A stretch of 64,000 bases of DNA, from positions 672,204 through 736,203 of the forward strand of contig NW_008246081.1 in assembly GCF_000281045.1 (NCBI RefSeq), read 5' to 3'. Numbering within the stretch: position 1 is the first letter of the stretch; the number at the start of each line of letters is the position of its first letter. The notes under the pieces were generated by a model that was not told the DNA's origin, made no database searches, and saw only the letters and a program-made list of their open reading frames with translations. Origin of the DNA: Saprolegnia diclina VS20. Taxonomy: Eukaryota. The translations under genes and the position numbers were made by a program. Below are positions 24,818 through 36,066 of the stretch, one piece after another.

Positions 24818-25410
24818 GTTGGTCGCGGATCTGAAGCGAATCCTTCCGGATGATATCTTGTTATCCGGTAAGGAAGGCCAACCAAGCCAGTGCGTTTGGG
24901 CATTAGATACACGCAACCGGACTTCCAAATTTAAATGTGGCCGGTCATTATCCGGACGCTGCCGTTGGACCTTTCCCAGGGCGTTGTACGCATCACCAAG
25001 CGTCGTCAGGCTCGGCTCCAGGCTGCTACCAGCCCACCATCGCTCGCGACTAACCAGAATCAAGGTCGCGTGGTGTAATACCTCCGCTTCCGGATCTGGG
25101 CACGCTGTTCCGGACGCGGCCCGTCCCTTCTATATCCGGATACTCGCAGGAGATTCGGCCGAAAGTTGGGTGGCGCAAGGCTCGCGTGGCCGTCGCCGGT
25201 GGCCACGCTCGGCCAAGTCGCCATCGAGCAGCAAGCGCTTTGCTATCGTCTCTGCTTTCAGCGCCAGCGAGAAGCGTCTCTTCTGCGTCCAGCGGCCACG
25301 CAGCGACGCGTGTCGGCTGCGTCAACAACGCGCTCGGCAAATAGGGTTGGGTGTTTCTATCCGGTAAAAGTTGGGTGTTTTTATTTTTCGTTCGCCCGGC
25401 TCCAGCAACA

Positions 25411-26444
25411 ATGGCCAACGGCAGTGCAGCGTCGCCGGATGGGTTCCCGACCAAGTGCAAGGACTGGAAGCACCTTGACGAAGAGCTCGAGCGCTACATG
25501 CACAAGACCAACTCGTGCTTTGTGGCCAAGCGCACGCAGAAGATGCAGTCATACCTCAACCAGATGGACAAGAAGCGCAATGGCCGCGAAAAGACGCGGT
25601 CCCGGCGCTTCTTCCAGAGCGCCACGATCGCACTGCCCGAGTACCGGCGGAAGGAGTTCATGTGCGTCGAGGGCGAAAAGTCACACGCGACGTCGGGCGA
25701 CAAGTGCCCATTCCGCTTCATTGCGCAGACCGAGTGGGATGCGAAGCGCAAGGAATATTCGATCCAGATCGTCCAGAAGAACCTTGTGCACAACCACGAG
25801 CTCTCGGCCGAGGCCTGGCGACGATACCCGTCCGTGAAGCGCATGCTCTGGGACGAGTCGTGCCAAGTAGGCCATTGCCAACCTCGTGTGCGCGGCTCAT
25901 CTGTCTTGTGTAGTACCTCTTGGAGATCACGCACGCGGTCAAAGGCTCGCGCTCCGAGCTCTTCAAGCTCATTGAGAAGAAGCATCCGGGCGTGTTTACG
26001 ATGAAGGACATCCACAACCGGTTCAGCGCGTTGACGCAAGCGGCGAACGCGGCGAACGCGACCAACCCGGAATCGACCGAGAACATGGAGATTCCGATGC
26101 CGTCGTCGGTGCACGCCGGCATGACCGAGGCGCAGCTGCTGCAAGCCGCCAGCAACGAGCTCGTCCAGCAGCAGCTCGCGCAACAGCAAGCGTCGGCGCA
26201 CGCGCTCGTGGACCAGCAACTGCTCGAGAACAACGCGATGGCCGCGACTCAGCTCATTCAGGCGCTCAACGGCACGGACGCCGACAACCACAAGTACGAG
26301 ATGCCCGCCGGCAGCGAGAACCACCACTTGATGCCGGAATCGCTGCATGGCAGCGACGCCCATCTCATGGTCCAAGCCATGGAGGACGACGACGACGACG
26401 ACGACGCCTTGCCCCACGACCCAACGACGCAGCTCTCCATCTAA
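25411..26444 (+). CDS. FAR1/ZSWIM3-N-like (WRKY-GCM1 fold) DNA-binding protein with Gln-rich tail
   Basis: DWKHLDEELERY...FMCVEG...CPFRFIA...NLVHNH (C..C..HNH), then TMKDIHNR and a Q/acidic low-complexity tail; one intron ~25868-25913. Confidence 0.65.
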
Positions 26445-26601
26445 GAACACCTTGTTGATCGATGTCTTTATCCCGCGATGGCGAATACAACTCCTATTCT
26501 TACGTAGTTCATTTTGAAATGCAAATTGCACTTGTGGCAAGAAGAGTTGACGATCATGAGAACGAGTATATAGCAGTTAGACTACCGAATCGGTACGGCC
26601 T

Positions 26602-28422
26602 CTAGTAGCCGAGGTCCTTGGCGACCATCTTGCGCGCGATCGGGTGGTAGTTGTCCTTCCACTCGGCAAAGATGCGGCGCGCGTCGGCCGCGCCAAACGC
26701 CGACTTGTACAGATCGCGGTAGAGCGGGCGCACAAACTTCATGCGGCCTTGCTCCTTGAGGAACGCCTCGACTTGGGGCAAAATGACGGCGTACTCGGCG
26801 CGCACGCAGAGCGTCTGGTAGCGGAACCGGACCTCCGAGTTTTTGGTTTCGACCAAGTTGTACAAGGCGCCCATGTCCGCAAGCACGTCGTGCGAGAGGA
26901 ACTCGCCGCGCGCAATGCACTTTTCCAGAATCGTCTCGAGCGTCACAATGATCTGCGACGACGTCCAGTGCGCAATGTCGTCGGCCGCAAACGGCCCTGC
27001 GTTCTGGAGCCAGCGGTCTGCGAGCTCGGCCGACGCAGTTGAAATCGTCGTGTCAAAATCGGGGCGGGCCGGCATGCCAGGCGCGTAGAACCACGCGGCC
27101 CAGTCGATCGTCGCGAGCTCGGCACTCTTGGTCTCGGCAAAGAACGCGACAAAAAAGTCCCGAAACTCGTTGGAGGTGACCGTCTTGTAGCGGAACGCGC
27201 GCACGTACGCCTTGGCAAACGTCTCAAAGGCGGCGTCGCCGACGAGCTTGGAGAGGTAGTAGAGGAGGTTGAAGCCCTTCTCGTACGGCACGCTCGAGAA
27301 CGAGTCGTCCGGATCGGCGCCGTCGAGGACGGGCACGAGCTTAGTAAACTCGTGGTCGTGGCCGTAGTGGTCGACCGAGTCGAGGAGCGCGTTCCAGCCA
27401 ATGATCGCATCGAAATCAAAGTGCAAATCCGTGTAGATCTTGGCCATGATCTTGCGCTGGAGCCACATGGTCCAGCCTTCGTTGAGCCAAAAGTGCTCCC
27501 ACGTGTGGTTCGTGATGAGGTTGCCAGTCCACGAGTGCGCAATCTCGTGCGCAATGACGTCGGCGAGCGACCGGTCGCCCGCGAGGAGCGTCGGCGTCGC
27601 AAACGTCAAGCACGGGTTCTCCATGCCGCCGAACGGGAACGAGGGCGGGAGCGACACCATGTCGTAGCGGCCCCAGACGTACTCTTGGTCCATGATCTCC
27701 TCGGCGTTGCGAAGAAAGTCCTCGGTCTGCGCAAACTCGTACGCGACCGCGTCGACCATGCTCGGCTCGCTCCACACGCGGCTGCGCGGCCCGACCTCGC
27801 GGCTCTCGAGGTGGCCAATCACCATCGCAATCAAGTACGACGGCACGGCGACGTTTTGCTCGTAGAAAAATTGGGTCGTCTCGCCGTTCGTCTCGGGGTC
27901 GGCGCACGCGACCGCGCTCATCAAGCACTTGGCCCACGACGGCACCGTGATCGTGGCCTTGTAGATCGACTTGGCCATCGGGCAGTCCTGGCACGGCAAG
28001 AGCGACCGCGCGTGGATCGCCTGGCACTGCGTAAAGAGGTACGGGTACTCCTTGTCGGCCGTCTGCTCTTTCGGCAGCCACTGGATCGCCGAGCTCTCCG
28101 GCGTCGTCTCGTAGTAGATGCGCGCCGTGAACTTGGTGCCGACAGCCTGGACCGCTGCGGGCAGCGCCAAATGCAAGGCCGTGCCAAAGACCTCGTCGTC
28201 GATCTGCTGCTTGAGCACGGGCGTGCCGTCGATGGTCGCGCTCTTGATGTACAGTGCGCGCGTGTCAAGGACAAACGACGTCGTCGGCGCAAGCACTTCG
28301 GCTTCAATGTCGACGTAGCCGTCGAGCGCGCTGCGGCCAAAGTCGGCCGTGAGATGCAAGTCGAGGCTGAGCACCGAGATGGCCTCGAGGTTCGCGAGCG
28401 TGTGCTTGTCGACGCGGGCCAT
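26602..28422 (-). CDS. LTA4H: Leukotriene A-4 hydrolase / M1 aminopeptidase
   Basis: Intronless; PYLFTQCQAIHARS, FPFGGMEN, HEIAHSW...NEG (HEXXH-x18-E), VPYEKG, QGRMKFVRPLY. Confidence 0.95.
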   Translation of the reverse strand: MARVDKHTLANLEAISVLSLDLHLTADFGRSALDGYVDIEAEVLAPTTSFVLDTRALYIKSATIDGTPVLKQQIDDEVFGTALHLALPAAVQAVGTKFTARIYYETTPESSAIQWLPKEQTADKEYPYLFTQCQAIHARSLLPCQDCPMAKSIYKATITVPSWAKCLMSAVACADPETNGETTQFFYEQNVAVPSYLIAMVIGHLESREVGPRSRVWSEPSMVDAVAYEFAQTEDFLRNAEEIMDQEYVWGRYDMVSLPPSFPFGGMENPCLTFATPTLLAGDRSLADVIAHEIAHSWTGNLITNHTWEHFWLNEGWTMWLQRKIMAKIYTDLHFDFDAIIGWNALLDSVDHYGHDHEFTKLVPVLDGADPDDSFSSVPYEKGFNLLYYLSKLVGDAAFETFAKAYVRAFRYKTVTSNEFRDFFVAFFAETKSAELATIDWAAWFYAPGMPARPDFDTTISTASAELADRWLQNAGPFAADDIAHWTSSQIIVTLETILEKCIARGEFLSHDVLADMGALYNLVETKNSEVRFRYQTLCVRAEYAVILPQVEAFLKEQGRMKFVRPLYRDLYKSAFGAADARRIFAEWKDNYHPIARKMVAKDLGY

Positions 28423-29411
28423 GGCTGCGGTCGGTCGATCAAATTCGAAAGTGGGGAAGTCCGTTCGTTTTCGCGATTCGCGAGCGTGGGATCCGCGTTG
28501 CATCTCGACACCGTCCGAAGTTCGAAGTTCAACATCAAGTCTCGCAGGACCTTTTTCCGGGGACGTTTGGGGCATCTCCAGGCACGCGAAATCTGTGTAC
28601 AAAGCTTCTCGGCGAAGAGGAAGCACCCAAAGCAATGGTATATTCAACCAAGGCCACCTTGGTACTACCCACCGGTTTAGCGATGCGTACTACGCTGGCT
28701 GTTCCTCGTGGCATCGACTCTTGGGGGCAGTTGGACTTCGGGCGCGAGCTCCAAACGCCGATATCTCGTCGCCCACAGAATGAGCAAGTGATCGCAAGGC
28801 GAGAGCTCCTCCGTGCGTTTGGATTTGGATGGGTTTGGCGAGAAACGTGGTGCGATCATCCCACGGAGCGCTGCGTCGCAGCCTGCGACGCATATCTCGC
28901 TGCGATTCGCAGCGTTTGTTGTTGTGCCGAGAGAACGGACGACAACGAGGCGCGCCTCGATGTTCGATACATACACCTAAGCTTTTGGCTGTCCTTCCTA
29001 TTGCACTTGGCTACCGGGTAAAGATGGCTTGGCAACTTATGCGCGAATGTTGCCCTTCAGTCCACAGGGTCCATGCCCTGCCGACGCGTCATTCCGATGT
29101 GCACAGCACGACATGCGTTTGCGCAGCCAAGTTTCCTTTTGGTGAATACCATCGTGCAGGCTTATCCCCGCGGTTGACGACAGCGCTGGCGCCGTTCTCA
29201 TGTTGGCCTTGCCGATCCACGCTGATGTTGGATTTGCTGGAACATTGTCTCCATCTGGACCGAAGTTCGAAGCACGTGCCGAGTCATCGTGCCCCGGCTC
29301 ACGCCAGGCACGGTGTTGGGTTTACATTGGCTGGCGGCCAGCGAATGGGATTGGCTGCCCCGGGGTACGCGCCCGGTCGCTTTGCGTTGACCATTCCACG
29401 GTACGAGACGC

Positions 29412-29939
29412 ATGGACGCAAGCAGCATGACGCAGGAAGTCGACGAGTACGTCTGCCGCATGTGCAGAGTCAAGCTCTTCACGTCCGAGGACCTCCTCGA
29501 GCACGAGCCCCACCAGCACCGCATCGCGCTGCGCAAGGTAGAACCTCCATTGACCTGCTGCATGGACTGGTGTGACCAAGATGGTGGGTAGATGATCAAG
29601 GAGCGCAACCCGAACGGCGTCGTGGACTGCAGCTCGTTCTTCATGGCCGACACGATGCCCTGGATGGACGAAGCCCTTCTCGAGGAAGGCAAGCTCCATT
29701 GCCCGGTCAAGAAATGCAACGCGCGTCTCGGATCATTCGAGTGGAGCGGGTCGCAGTGCTCGTGCGGCACGTGGGTCACGCCTTCGATTCAGATTACCAA
29801 GAGCCGTGTGGACCTCAAGCGGCCGATCGGTGTGCAGATCGTGCACGTTCCGCTCACCGAGGCCGAGGCGGTGACGTCCGCTGCCCCGGCGGCGCCGACG
29901 ACCGCTGTCCCTGTGACGGCGCCAACTACGGAGGCATAA
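29412..29939 (+). CDS. Stand-alone YVH1/DUSP12-type zinc-binding domain protein
   Basis: YVCRMCRVKLF...LLEH...CSSFF...EGKLHCPVKKCNARLGSFEWSGSQCSCGTWVTPSIQITKSRVD; one intron 29538-29591; start uncertain (29412 or 29427). Confidence 0.8.
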
Positions 29940-30256
29940 AGTACGCGCCTCTTTTGTGCATTAATTGATATCCCCATTCGATTCTGAACCCGGCGTAACT
30001 CATGAACTGGACGTGCGTGGCTTGTGCGTCCCTGAGGTCGGGGAGTCCTTTCCCGCGACGACACTTCTTGAGATGCGGCAACGATGTACACGTAGTCGAC
30101 TTCAACGCGTCTGGATAGCTCTACTCGTGTTAGTACAGAGCTTAGAGTCATCCCGGTCAGCGCCATATCGGTATCCAAGTGTGGCCAAGTACGGGCACAA
30201 CTGCTTAAGATCGCCACGCAGCGAATCAGAAGCGAGGACCCATTTTGCCTTTCACG

Positions 30257-30315
30257 ACTTTGCACTTTGCACTTGAACGACGTTGCAACTTTGCACTTAG
30301 ACGACGTTGCACTTG
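30257..30315. repeat. Imperfect TGCACTT-based short repeat cluster
   Basis: actttgcactttgcacttg...acgacgttgcaactttgcactt...acgacgttgcacttg. Confidence 0.6.
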
Positions 30316-30368
30316 ACCTTTGTGGAAGGACATGGAAACTTTGTATTACAACACGAAGAGTGGGGTAT

Positions 30369-31475
30369 TTACAGCGTGTGCGCGTCAATCACGTAGACCG
30401 AGCGCATGCGCGACTTGTGCGGGTCTTCGGGCTTGGCCGGGCGGCGGCGGACGTACGCCGTCACGGCCAAGATGGCCACGCAGCCGACGACACCACCAGC
30501 AACAATGAACGGCGTCGTGCTGTCGCCGGTCTTGTCGTTTGCCGTACCGGTGTTTTCCGACTGCAAGTTCATGGCCTTGACGGGCGCCGTCGTGTTGAGC
30601 GTGCCGTCTTCGAACAGACTCGGGTCGAGGGTCGTGTCGTTCTTGTTTGTGCTCGCCGAGTCTTCCGGGCTCTTGCTCGATGGCGGCGCCGTCGTGAGGA
30701 TATCGTCATCTTCAAAGAGGCTCGGGTCAAGCGTCGTATCGTTCTTGTTCGTGCTCGCCGAGTCTTCCGGCTCCTTGGGCGCCGAAGTGCTGTCCTCGTC
30801 GTCCACAGTGTCTTCTTCCAGAGTCTCATCTTCGAAGAGACTCGGGTCCAGCGTCGTATCGTTCTTGTTCGTGCTCGCCGAGTCTTCTGGCTCCTTGGGC
30901 GCCGAAGTGTTGTCCTCGTCTTCTAGAGTCTCATCTTCCAAAAGGCTCGGGTCGAGCGTCGTATCGTTCTTGTTTGTGCTGGCCGAGTCTTCGGGGCTCT
31001 TGCTCGATGGCGGCGCCGTCGTGAGGATGTCGTCGTCCTCGAAGAGACTCGGATCAAGCGTCGTATCGTTCTTGTTCGTGCTCGCCGAGTCCTCCACCAT
31101 CGGATCGTCCTCGCTCTCTGCCAGCACTTCCATGTCATCGTCGTCGTCGTTTGGCTCGTCCGCGCTGTCATCGTCCGTCGGCTCGTCGGTGGTGTCGTCA
31201 TCGATAGGCTCATCTGTGGGCTCCTCATCGTCGTCCTTCGACGCGTCATCGTCGGGGGCATCCCAGGAGCCATCGTCGCTGGGCTCGTCGAGAATGGTGG
31301 TCACGAGAGGCGCCGACTTTGTGCCCACTGGTCCGTCAAGGTTGATCGGGTAGCCCAAGTGCGACGGACCCTTGGTGGTGTGCGCCGCCACACGGAGCAT
31401 GCGCGACGGCTCGTCCTTGGCCGACGAGGCCGTGACGAGGATGGCGCCCACGAACCACAGCAATCCCTTGACCAT
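30369..31475 (-). CDS. Type I membrane acidic-repeat glycoprotein with signal peptide and RxLR (RMLR) motif
   Basis: Hydrophobic N-terminus, RMLR at aa 25-28, D/E-rich region, five EDSASTNKNDTTLDPSL repeats, TM FIVAGGVVGCVAILAVTAYV followed by RRR. Confidence 0.85.
   Translation of the reverse strand: MVKGLLWFVGAILVTASSAKDEPSRMLRVAAHTTKGPSHLGYPINLDGPVGTKSAPLVTTILDEPSDDGSWDAPDDDASKDDDEEPTDEPIDDDTTDEPTDDDSADEPNDDDDDMEVLAESEDDPMVEDSASTNKNDTTLDPSLFEDDDILTTAPPSSKSPEDSASTNKNDTTLDPSLLEDETLEDEDNTSAPKEPEDSASTNKNDTTLDPSLFEDETLEEDTVDDEDSTSAPKEPEDSASTNKNDTTLDPSLFEDDDILTTAPPSSKSPEDSASTNKNDTTLDPSLFEDGTLNTTAPVKAMNLQSENTGTANDKTGDSTTPFIVAGGVVGCVAILAVTAYVRRRPAKPEDPHKSRMRSVYVIDAHTL
30610..31095 (-). repeat. 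Five coding repeats with core EDSASTNKNDTTLDPSL(F/L)ED
   Basis: Seen directly in translation; linkers alternate DDILTTAPPSSKSP and ETLE..TSAPKEP. Confidence 0.9.
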
Positions 31476-32612
31476 ACCGAGCGATTTTCAAAAATGATTT
31501 CTGCTGCGGTGACATACGACGTCGCGCTGGATCTGGCGGGTTCGATTCCGGCGCAGTCCTAATTGACAAGCATGTGTGTCACTGTACGCTGTATCGCCAA
31601 AATGCATACACACGAATAAGTACTCACTATGTATCTCATGACTTCTTATTGTTTGTATGGCAATTGCATATTTTAACCCAATCTGACAGCGGAGCTCAAA
31701 CCACCCTGTTTAAGCGCGACGACGCGCCGAGGGCAAATTGTAATAAATGTTGTTTATAAAGCATACAAAGATCGAGTATATTTGCAATAAAATAGGGTCG
31801 TCGCCTCTTGGGCGGCCAGCGAATGGCCATGTGGTCTTGCTGCACGCTCTGCCGCTTCACATGTGCTCCAACCGCCCGGCTCGCGACGTCGTGACCAGAC
31901 CCCATCGTTTGCACGGCATAGCAACCAGAGACTTGGACACCGCTCGAGGTCCAGTTGACGGTTCGATCACACCTGTCGCCCAGTGCCTGCCGACGCTGCA
32001 CAGAAAAATAATGTTATATGAAATGCAGCCACGTCGTCAGCGAGATAAATCGAACCCAACGAATCCTGCCAGCGTCGCAGAAGTGTATGGCGTCAAAGAT
32101 GCGAGCAGGTTATTCATGTTTGGTCCTTGCATTAGCACCGTGTCACTTTGCCTTTTCGTCGGCTACTGTACTTGCACTGCGACGGAGAAGACCCCCATAA
32201 TATTCGCAGCAATTTCCAACGCACAGGAATGGTGATTCCGACGAACCCGAGCACTGGAGTATCTGTGGTGCAAGATCTGTGGACCACCCAAAAGAATACA
32301 CGAACGAAGGCGGTGGTCGGAGAATACGTGGCACGACGAGGTGCAAGCACGCCGTGTCGTGGGGTTGCGACAACTAACGTTCGCCATCCAATAGAAGGAC
32401 TTTCATGCGGATGTATCTTTCAAATTTGCCTCGACGCCACTGCTAGTGTTCTTTCTCGAGTGCCTGCGACGAAATGGCAACAGTGCCAATATACCACCAA
32501 CGCAGATGATCCATCGCACAAACGCTTCACGAGAACTTGGACGAAATTCGCTCAATTGGACAGCGCCACAATCATAAAGCATCGTAATGAGCTCTCACTT
32601 GTGTCCAGACTG

Positions 32613-32654
32613 TGCACTTTGCACTTCGCACTTTGCACTTCGCACTTTGCACTT
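32613..32654. repeat. Heptamer tandem repeat (YGCACTT)6
   Basis: tgcactt tgcactt cgcactt tgcactt cgcactt tgcactt. Confidence 0.9.
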
Positions 32655-33341
32655 GGCTCCTTCTTCGTGGGGGCAGCTCTCGCCTGGTGCACGTAATATC
32701 CAAGCTGAATACTCATCGGTCTCCTCTGCGGTGTGTGGTGATACCGGTACGCACCCGCGTGCTCTACGATCGGTGCGATTTTTTGCCCGCGCGATGTCGC
32801 CGTATCGCCTCTTGTCTTCGCAAACGTCTGCGAAATCGTTCCGACTGGTACCATCGAGCGCGATATCGCCGCACACGACGGTCGACTTTGACCAAGGGAT
32901 TATCTTGGGCACACGCCAACCCGAATATAACGTTCCCATGTCGAGAGCAAATACGCGCCTGGCTCGCTCGATCGCTCTGTCGTGGGTTCAGCATGGCGGC
33001 GATTTGCCAGGGGCAACACCGAACCCATCTTCTCGCTCGTAATAGCAAGTAGATTTTGTTGCTAGCCAAGGCGAACCGTTGGTTGCTTTCGTGACACGAC
33101 TGTGGGGTCCATGGCACATTGATAGCATGTTGGCGTGCCCGGTTTCTCATAGCAAGTTGGCTCCAGGAACTCGCAAGACCTGTAGCACTGAGGCGCTGGA
33201 AATTTTGCTCGAGGAGGGAGATTGCTACGCTGCAGCGTGAGCAACCGACTTGAAGTCGCCAGTAGTCAGCAGCCACGAGGCACTCGATAAGCTGCGGCGC
33301 ACCTCAGCTCTCGCAACTCACTTCGGATTTCTCTTGTTGCG

Positions 33342-34070
33342 ATGCGTCTCGGTTTCCTGCTACCTCTCATTTCGGTGGCGTCCGCCTGTACGTCGGTCTC
33401 CGTCGAAGGCGACGCTACGTACTGCATCGCGGGACCGGTCTGCGTCGGCGCCGGCATCGCGCCCTCAGGCGTCGCGTGTCCGCTCAAGGGAGCCGTGGCC
33501 TCGGCACACTGCGACTCCAACTTACCGAGCTTCGTCACTGGAACAAAGTGCGTCCTTATCCATGACGCAGTGTGCCAAAAGCTAGCCACAGGTGCCTGGG
33601 GATGTGCTCTCCCCACGGATAAGCCTTGCCCCACCGAGCGTCCCCGCCCTACGGACGAGCCTTGCCCAACCGAGCGACCTCGTCCGACTGATGTACCGTG
33701 TCCCACCGAGCGCCCCCACCCGACCGACGAGCCTTGTCCGACCGAACGCCCTCGCCGGACCGACGAGCCATGCCCGACGGAGCGTCCTCGCCCGACCGAT
33801 GCCCCTTGTCCGACCGAGCGACCTCACCAGTCGTGCAAGTCGGTGTCTGTGCAAGGTGATGCAACGTACTGCATCGATGGCCCGATTTGCAGTGGCGCTG
33901 GCCTTTTGCCCGCCGGCGTCAGCTGCCCGAGCGCGGGCGCCGTCGCGTCGGCCGACTGCCAACCGCATTTGGGTAGCTTCGTCGCGGCCAGCAACAGCTG
34001 CGTTCTCTCGAAATCTGCCACGTGCAAAAAGATCGCCACCGGCGCCTGGGGCTGCGTGCAGTCCCCATAA
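33342..34070 (+). CDS. Secreted Cys-rich protein with two oomycete Car/mucin-type Cys domains and a Pro/Thr repeat linker
   Basis: Signal peptide; duplicated domain C.SVSV.GDATYCI.GP.C.G.G..P.GV.CP..GAVASA.C...L.SFV...CVL...A.C.K.ATGAWGC. Confidence 0.85.
   Translation: MRLGFLLPLISVASACTSVSVEGDATYCIAGPVCVGAGIAPSGVACPLKGAVASAHCDSNLPSFVTGTKCVLIHDAVCQKLATGAWGCALPTDKPCPTERPRPTDEPCPTERPRPTDVPCPTERPHPTDEPCPTERPRRTDEPCPTERPRPTDAPCPTERPHQSCKSVSVQGDATYCIDGPICSGAGLLPAGVSCPSAGAVASADCQPHLGSFVAASNSCVLSKSATCKKIATGAWGCVQSP
33612..33827 (+). repeat. Six 36-bp coding repeats, consensus PTD(E)PCPTERP(R/H)
   Basis: Six contiguous 12-aa units in translation. Confidence 0.95.
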
Positions 34071-34587
34071 GTGGTTTAAGCATACTCTATTGTACCCTTG
34101 TGCTTTCGAGTTGTATCTAACACAAAGCCCTCGCCAAACCAACGCTCGCTGGACGATCCTTACTCATGATCCACGGTGCGGCAGGCACTGGACGCCACAA
34201 ACGTCGCACTATTTGTCCAGCGACGATAGCCCGTGCCATAAGCTCTTGTTTCGGTACGGAGAGGACGCAAGGGATATCTCTGGCGTGGAGCCAGAGTTGC
34301 AGTAATTGCACTTGACGCTGTATACCAACCAGCAACATCGGTCGAGCAGTGCCGCCTGATGCGCGAGGCTTTTCTGTTCGGAAAACTTGTGATATGGTCT
34401 CGATAGCGCCAAGGACGATACCGTACGGAAGCATCGTCCACATTGAATGGGAAGCTTAGAGTGTATGGCTGGAAGCCTGCATTCGGCTCTTTTGGCGTCT
34501 TCAACTTGTGAAATTTTCGCCTTTTTACGCGGGTGAAGCCTAAAAATACAACGGTGCGCGACCGACGAGGTCGTTTCCCAACGCCCG

Positions 34588-35864
34588 ATGGCCGACTTCT
34601 TCGCGTGCTGGGCGGCGCGGGCGACGACGCTCGCGCTCCTGGAAGACGCCCAGCGGTACCGCCTCGTTGCCTCATTCTCTATCGATCCGTCCAATAGAGA
34701 CGCGGCAGCCAACGCGGCCAAGGAGGTCGCGGCCGCCATCTGCATACAACGCATCTTCCGCGGGCAGCGCGTCCGCGCCAACATCAGCCGCATGCGGTAG
34801 CTTGACCCCGTCACCCGATGACGAATCAAACGGAGCGTAGGACGGCCGAGATTCTCATCGCCCGGGTTTTTCGCGGGCACTTGGGCCGGCACAAGGCGCA
34901 CAAAGCACGTCGGCGAAGGAGACACCTCGAGAAGCAAGTGCGCTTCCACCACCTCGCGCGCATCATCCAGACACGCTACCGAGGTCGCTTCTCCTTGCGT
35001 TCTCGACGATGAACGCTTAGCGTAGGGTACTACTCGCGTCAGTATGTGCACAACTTTGCCACGCGCAAGACGTACCTCCGCGAACTCGAAGCCAAAGGCA
35101 ATGCACTCCGCGCGACCGTGCAGAAGCGACTGGAAGAGCAGCGTGCGGTGCGGGCTCGGTTGACAGCGAAAATGGCTCACTATCTGGCGTAGTTGGAGCT
35201 GCTACGCGTCGAGGAAGAGTCGCGTGACGAGCTTGTCAAGATCACTCAGAATCTACACCACCTTGTGGGCACGACCGTGACGCCCGGTGTCTATAGCTCA
35301 CCGTTTGCCCAAGCACGGGTACATCGTTGTGCTTCATCGTGACCGGACATGGAGTGTTTCTAGCCAACGGCGTTTGGGGTCCCCGTCGAGACGCACATTC
35401 GAACCAACACACTCAACTTGCTCTCGTCCGTACCCAAGAAGCTGCTCACGAAGCAGCAGCTCAAGCCAAAACCGCCGGCCGTGCGCACGTCGATCCAAGC
35501 CTCGTCCGTCTACAACATTGACCGCGTCTACGACGAGCGCGACAAGCGATACCAAAAGGCCATGAACTTTACACAAGACAAATTTGTGCCCGTACGTAAC
35601 TAGTTGGGAAGATTGGCTCAGACCATGTAGGTCGTGCACCCCGAGTCGACCTACAGCTACGACAAGAGCATCAACAACGGCATATCGTACCTCGACCCGA
35701 GGAAACACCCGTTCTGTCAGCGCAGCGCCAACAAGTCGCCCGTCAAGCCCATGCCGCCGCGGAAGGAGGTCGTGCGTCTACCGCCCGCCGTGCAGTCGCC
35801 ACCGAGCACGCCGTCGTCCCACAAACCGCGAAAGACCAAGTCCAAGACGTCGCTCGTCGAGTAG
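34588..35864 (+). CDS. SPATA17: IQ-motif protein, SPATA17-like (multi-exon)
   Basis: Three IQ-like motifs (IQRIFRGQRVR, IARVFRGHLGR, IQTRYRG|YYSR), then NLHHLVGTTVTPGVYSSPF resembling SPATA17 HYLLSTKQIPGIYNSPF. Confidence 0.7.
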
Positions 35865-36066
35865 GAATATAACACGTGTCAAAAGTGTAGTTATGGAGAA
35901 TCAGATATTGGATTGCGCATCGAGGCTGGCTGGACCCACACGCAGCTGTGAACGTGTATGTGCCCGATCAGAAGGTTGCATTATGCAGATTAGGGGTAGG
36001 GTTCCGAGACTATAAAAAAGTGTCCTGCGCTAAAACCGGGTCGATAACGCCCCGATACGCGTGCCC

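Noticed and set aside
27352..28680. 442-aa plus-strand ORF
   Set aside because: Antisense shadow of LTA4H caused by GC-rich codon bias
30610..31095. Regularly spaced repeats with variable spacers, superficially CRISPR-like
   Set aside because: In-frame coding repeats with synonymous variation and repeated spacers; eukaryotic context; no cas genes
31490..31560. GGTTCGATTCC resembling a tRNA T-loop/B-box
   Set aside because: T-stem has a mismatch and I could not fold D-arm, anticodon arm or acceptor stem at tRNA spacing
31560..33300. Several 60-180 aa ORFs in the 1.8-kb spacer
   Set aside because: Overlapping, no family motifs, no transposase or RT signature seen
35989..36003. Telomere-like TTAGGG fragments (also near 1141, 53783, 63018)
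   Set aside because: Only one or two imperfect units each; expected by chance
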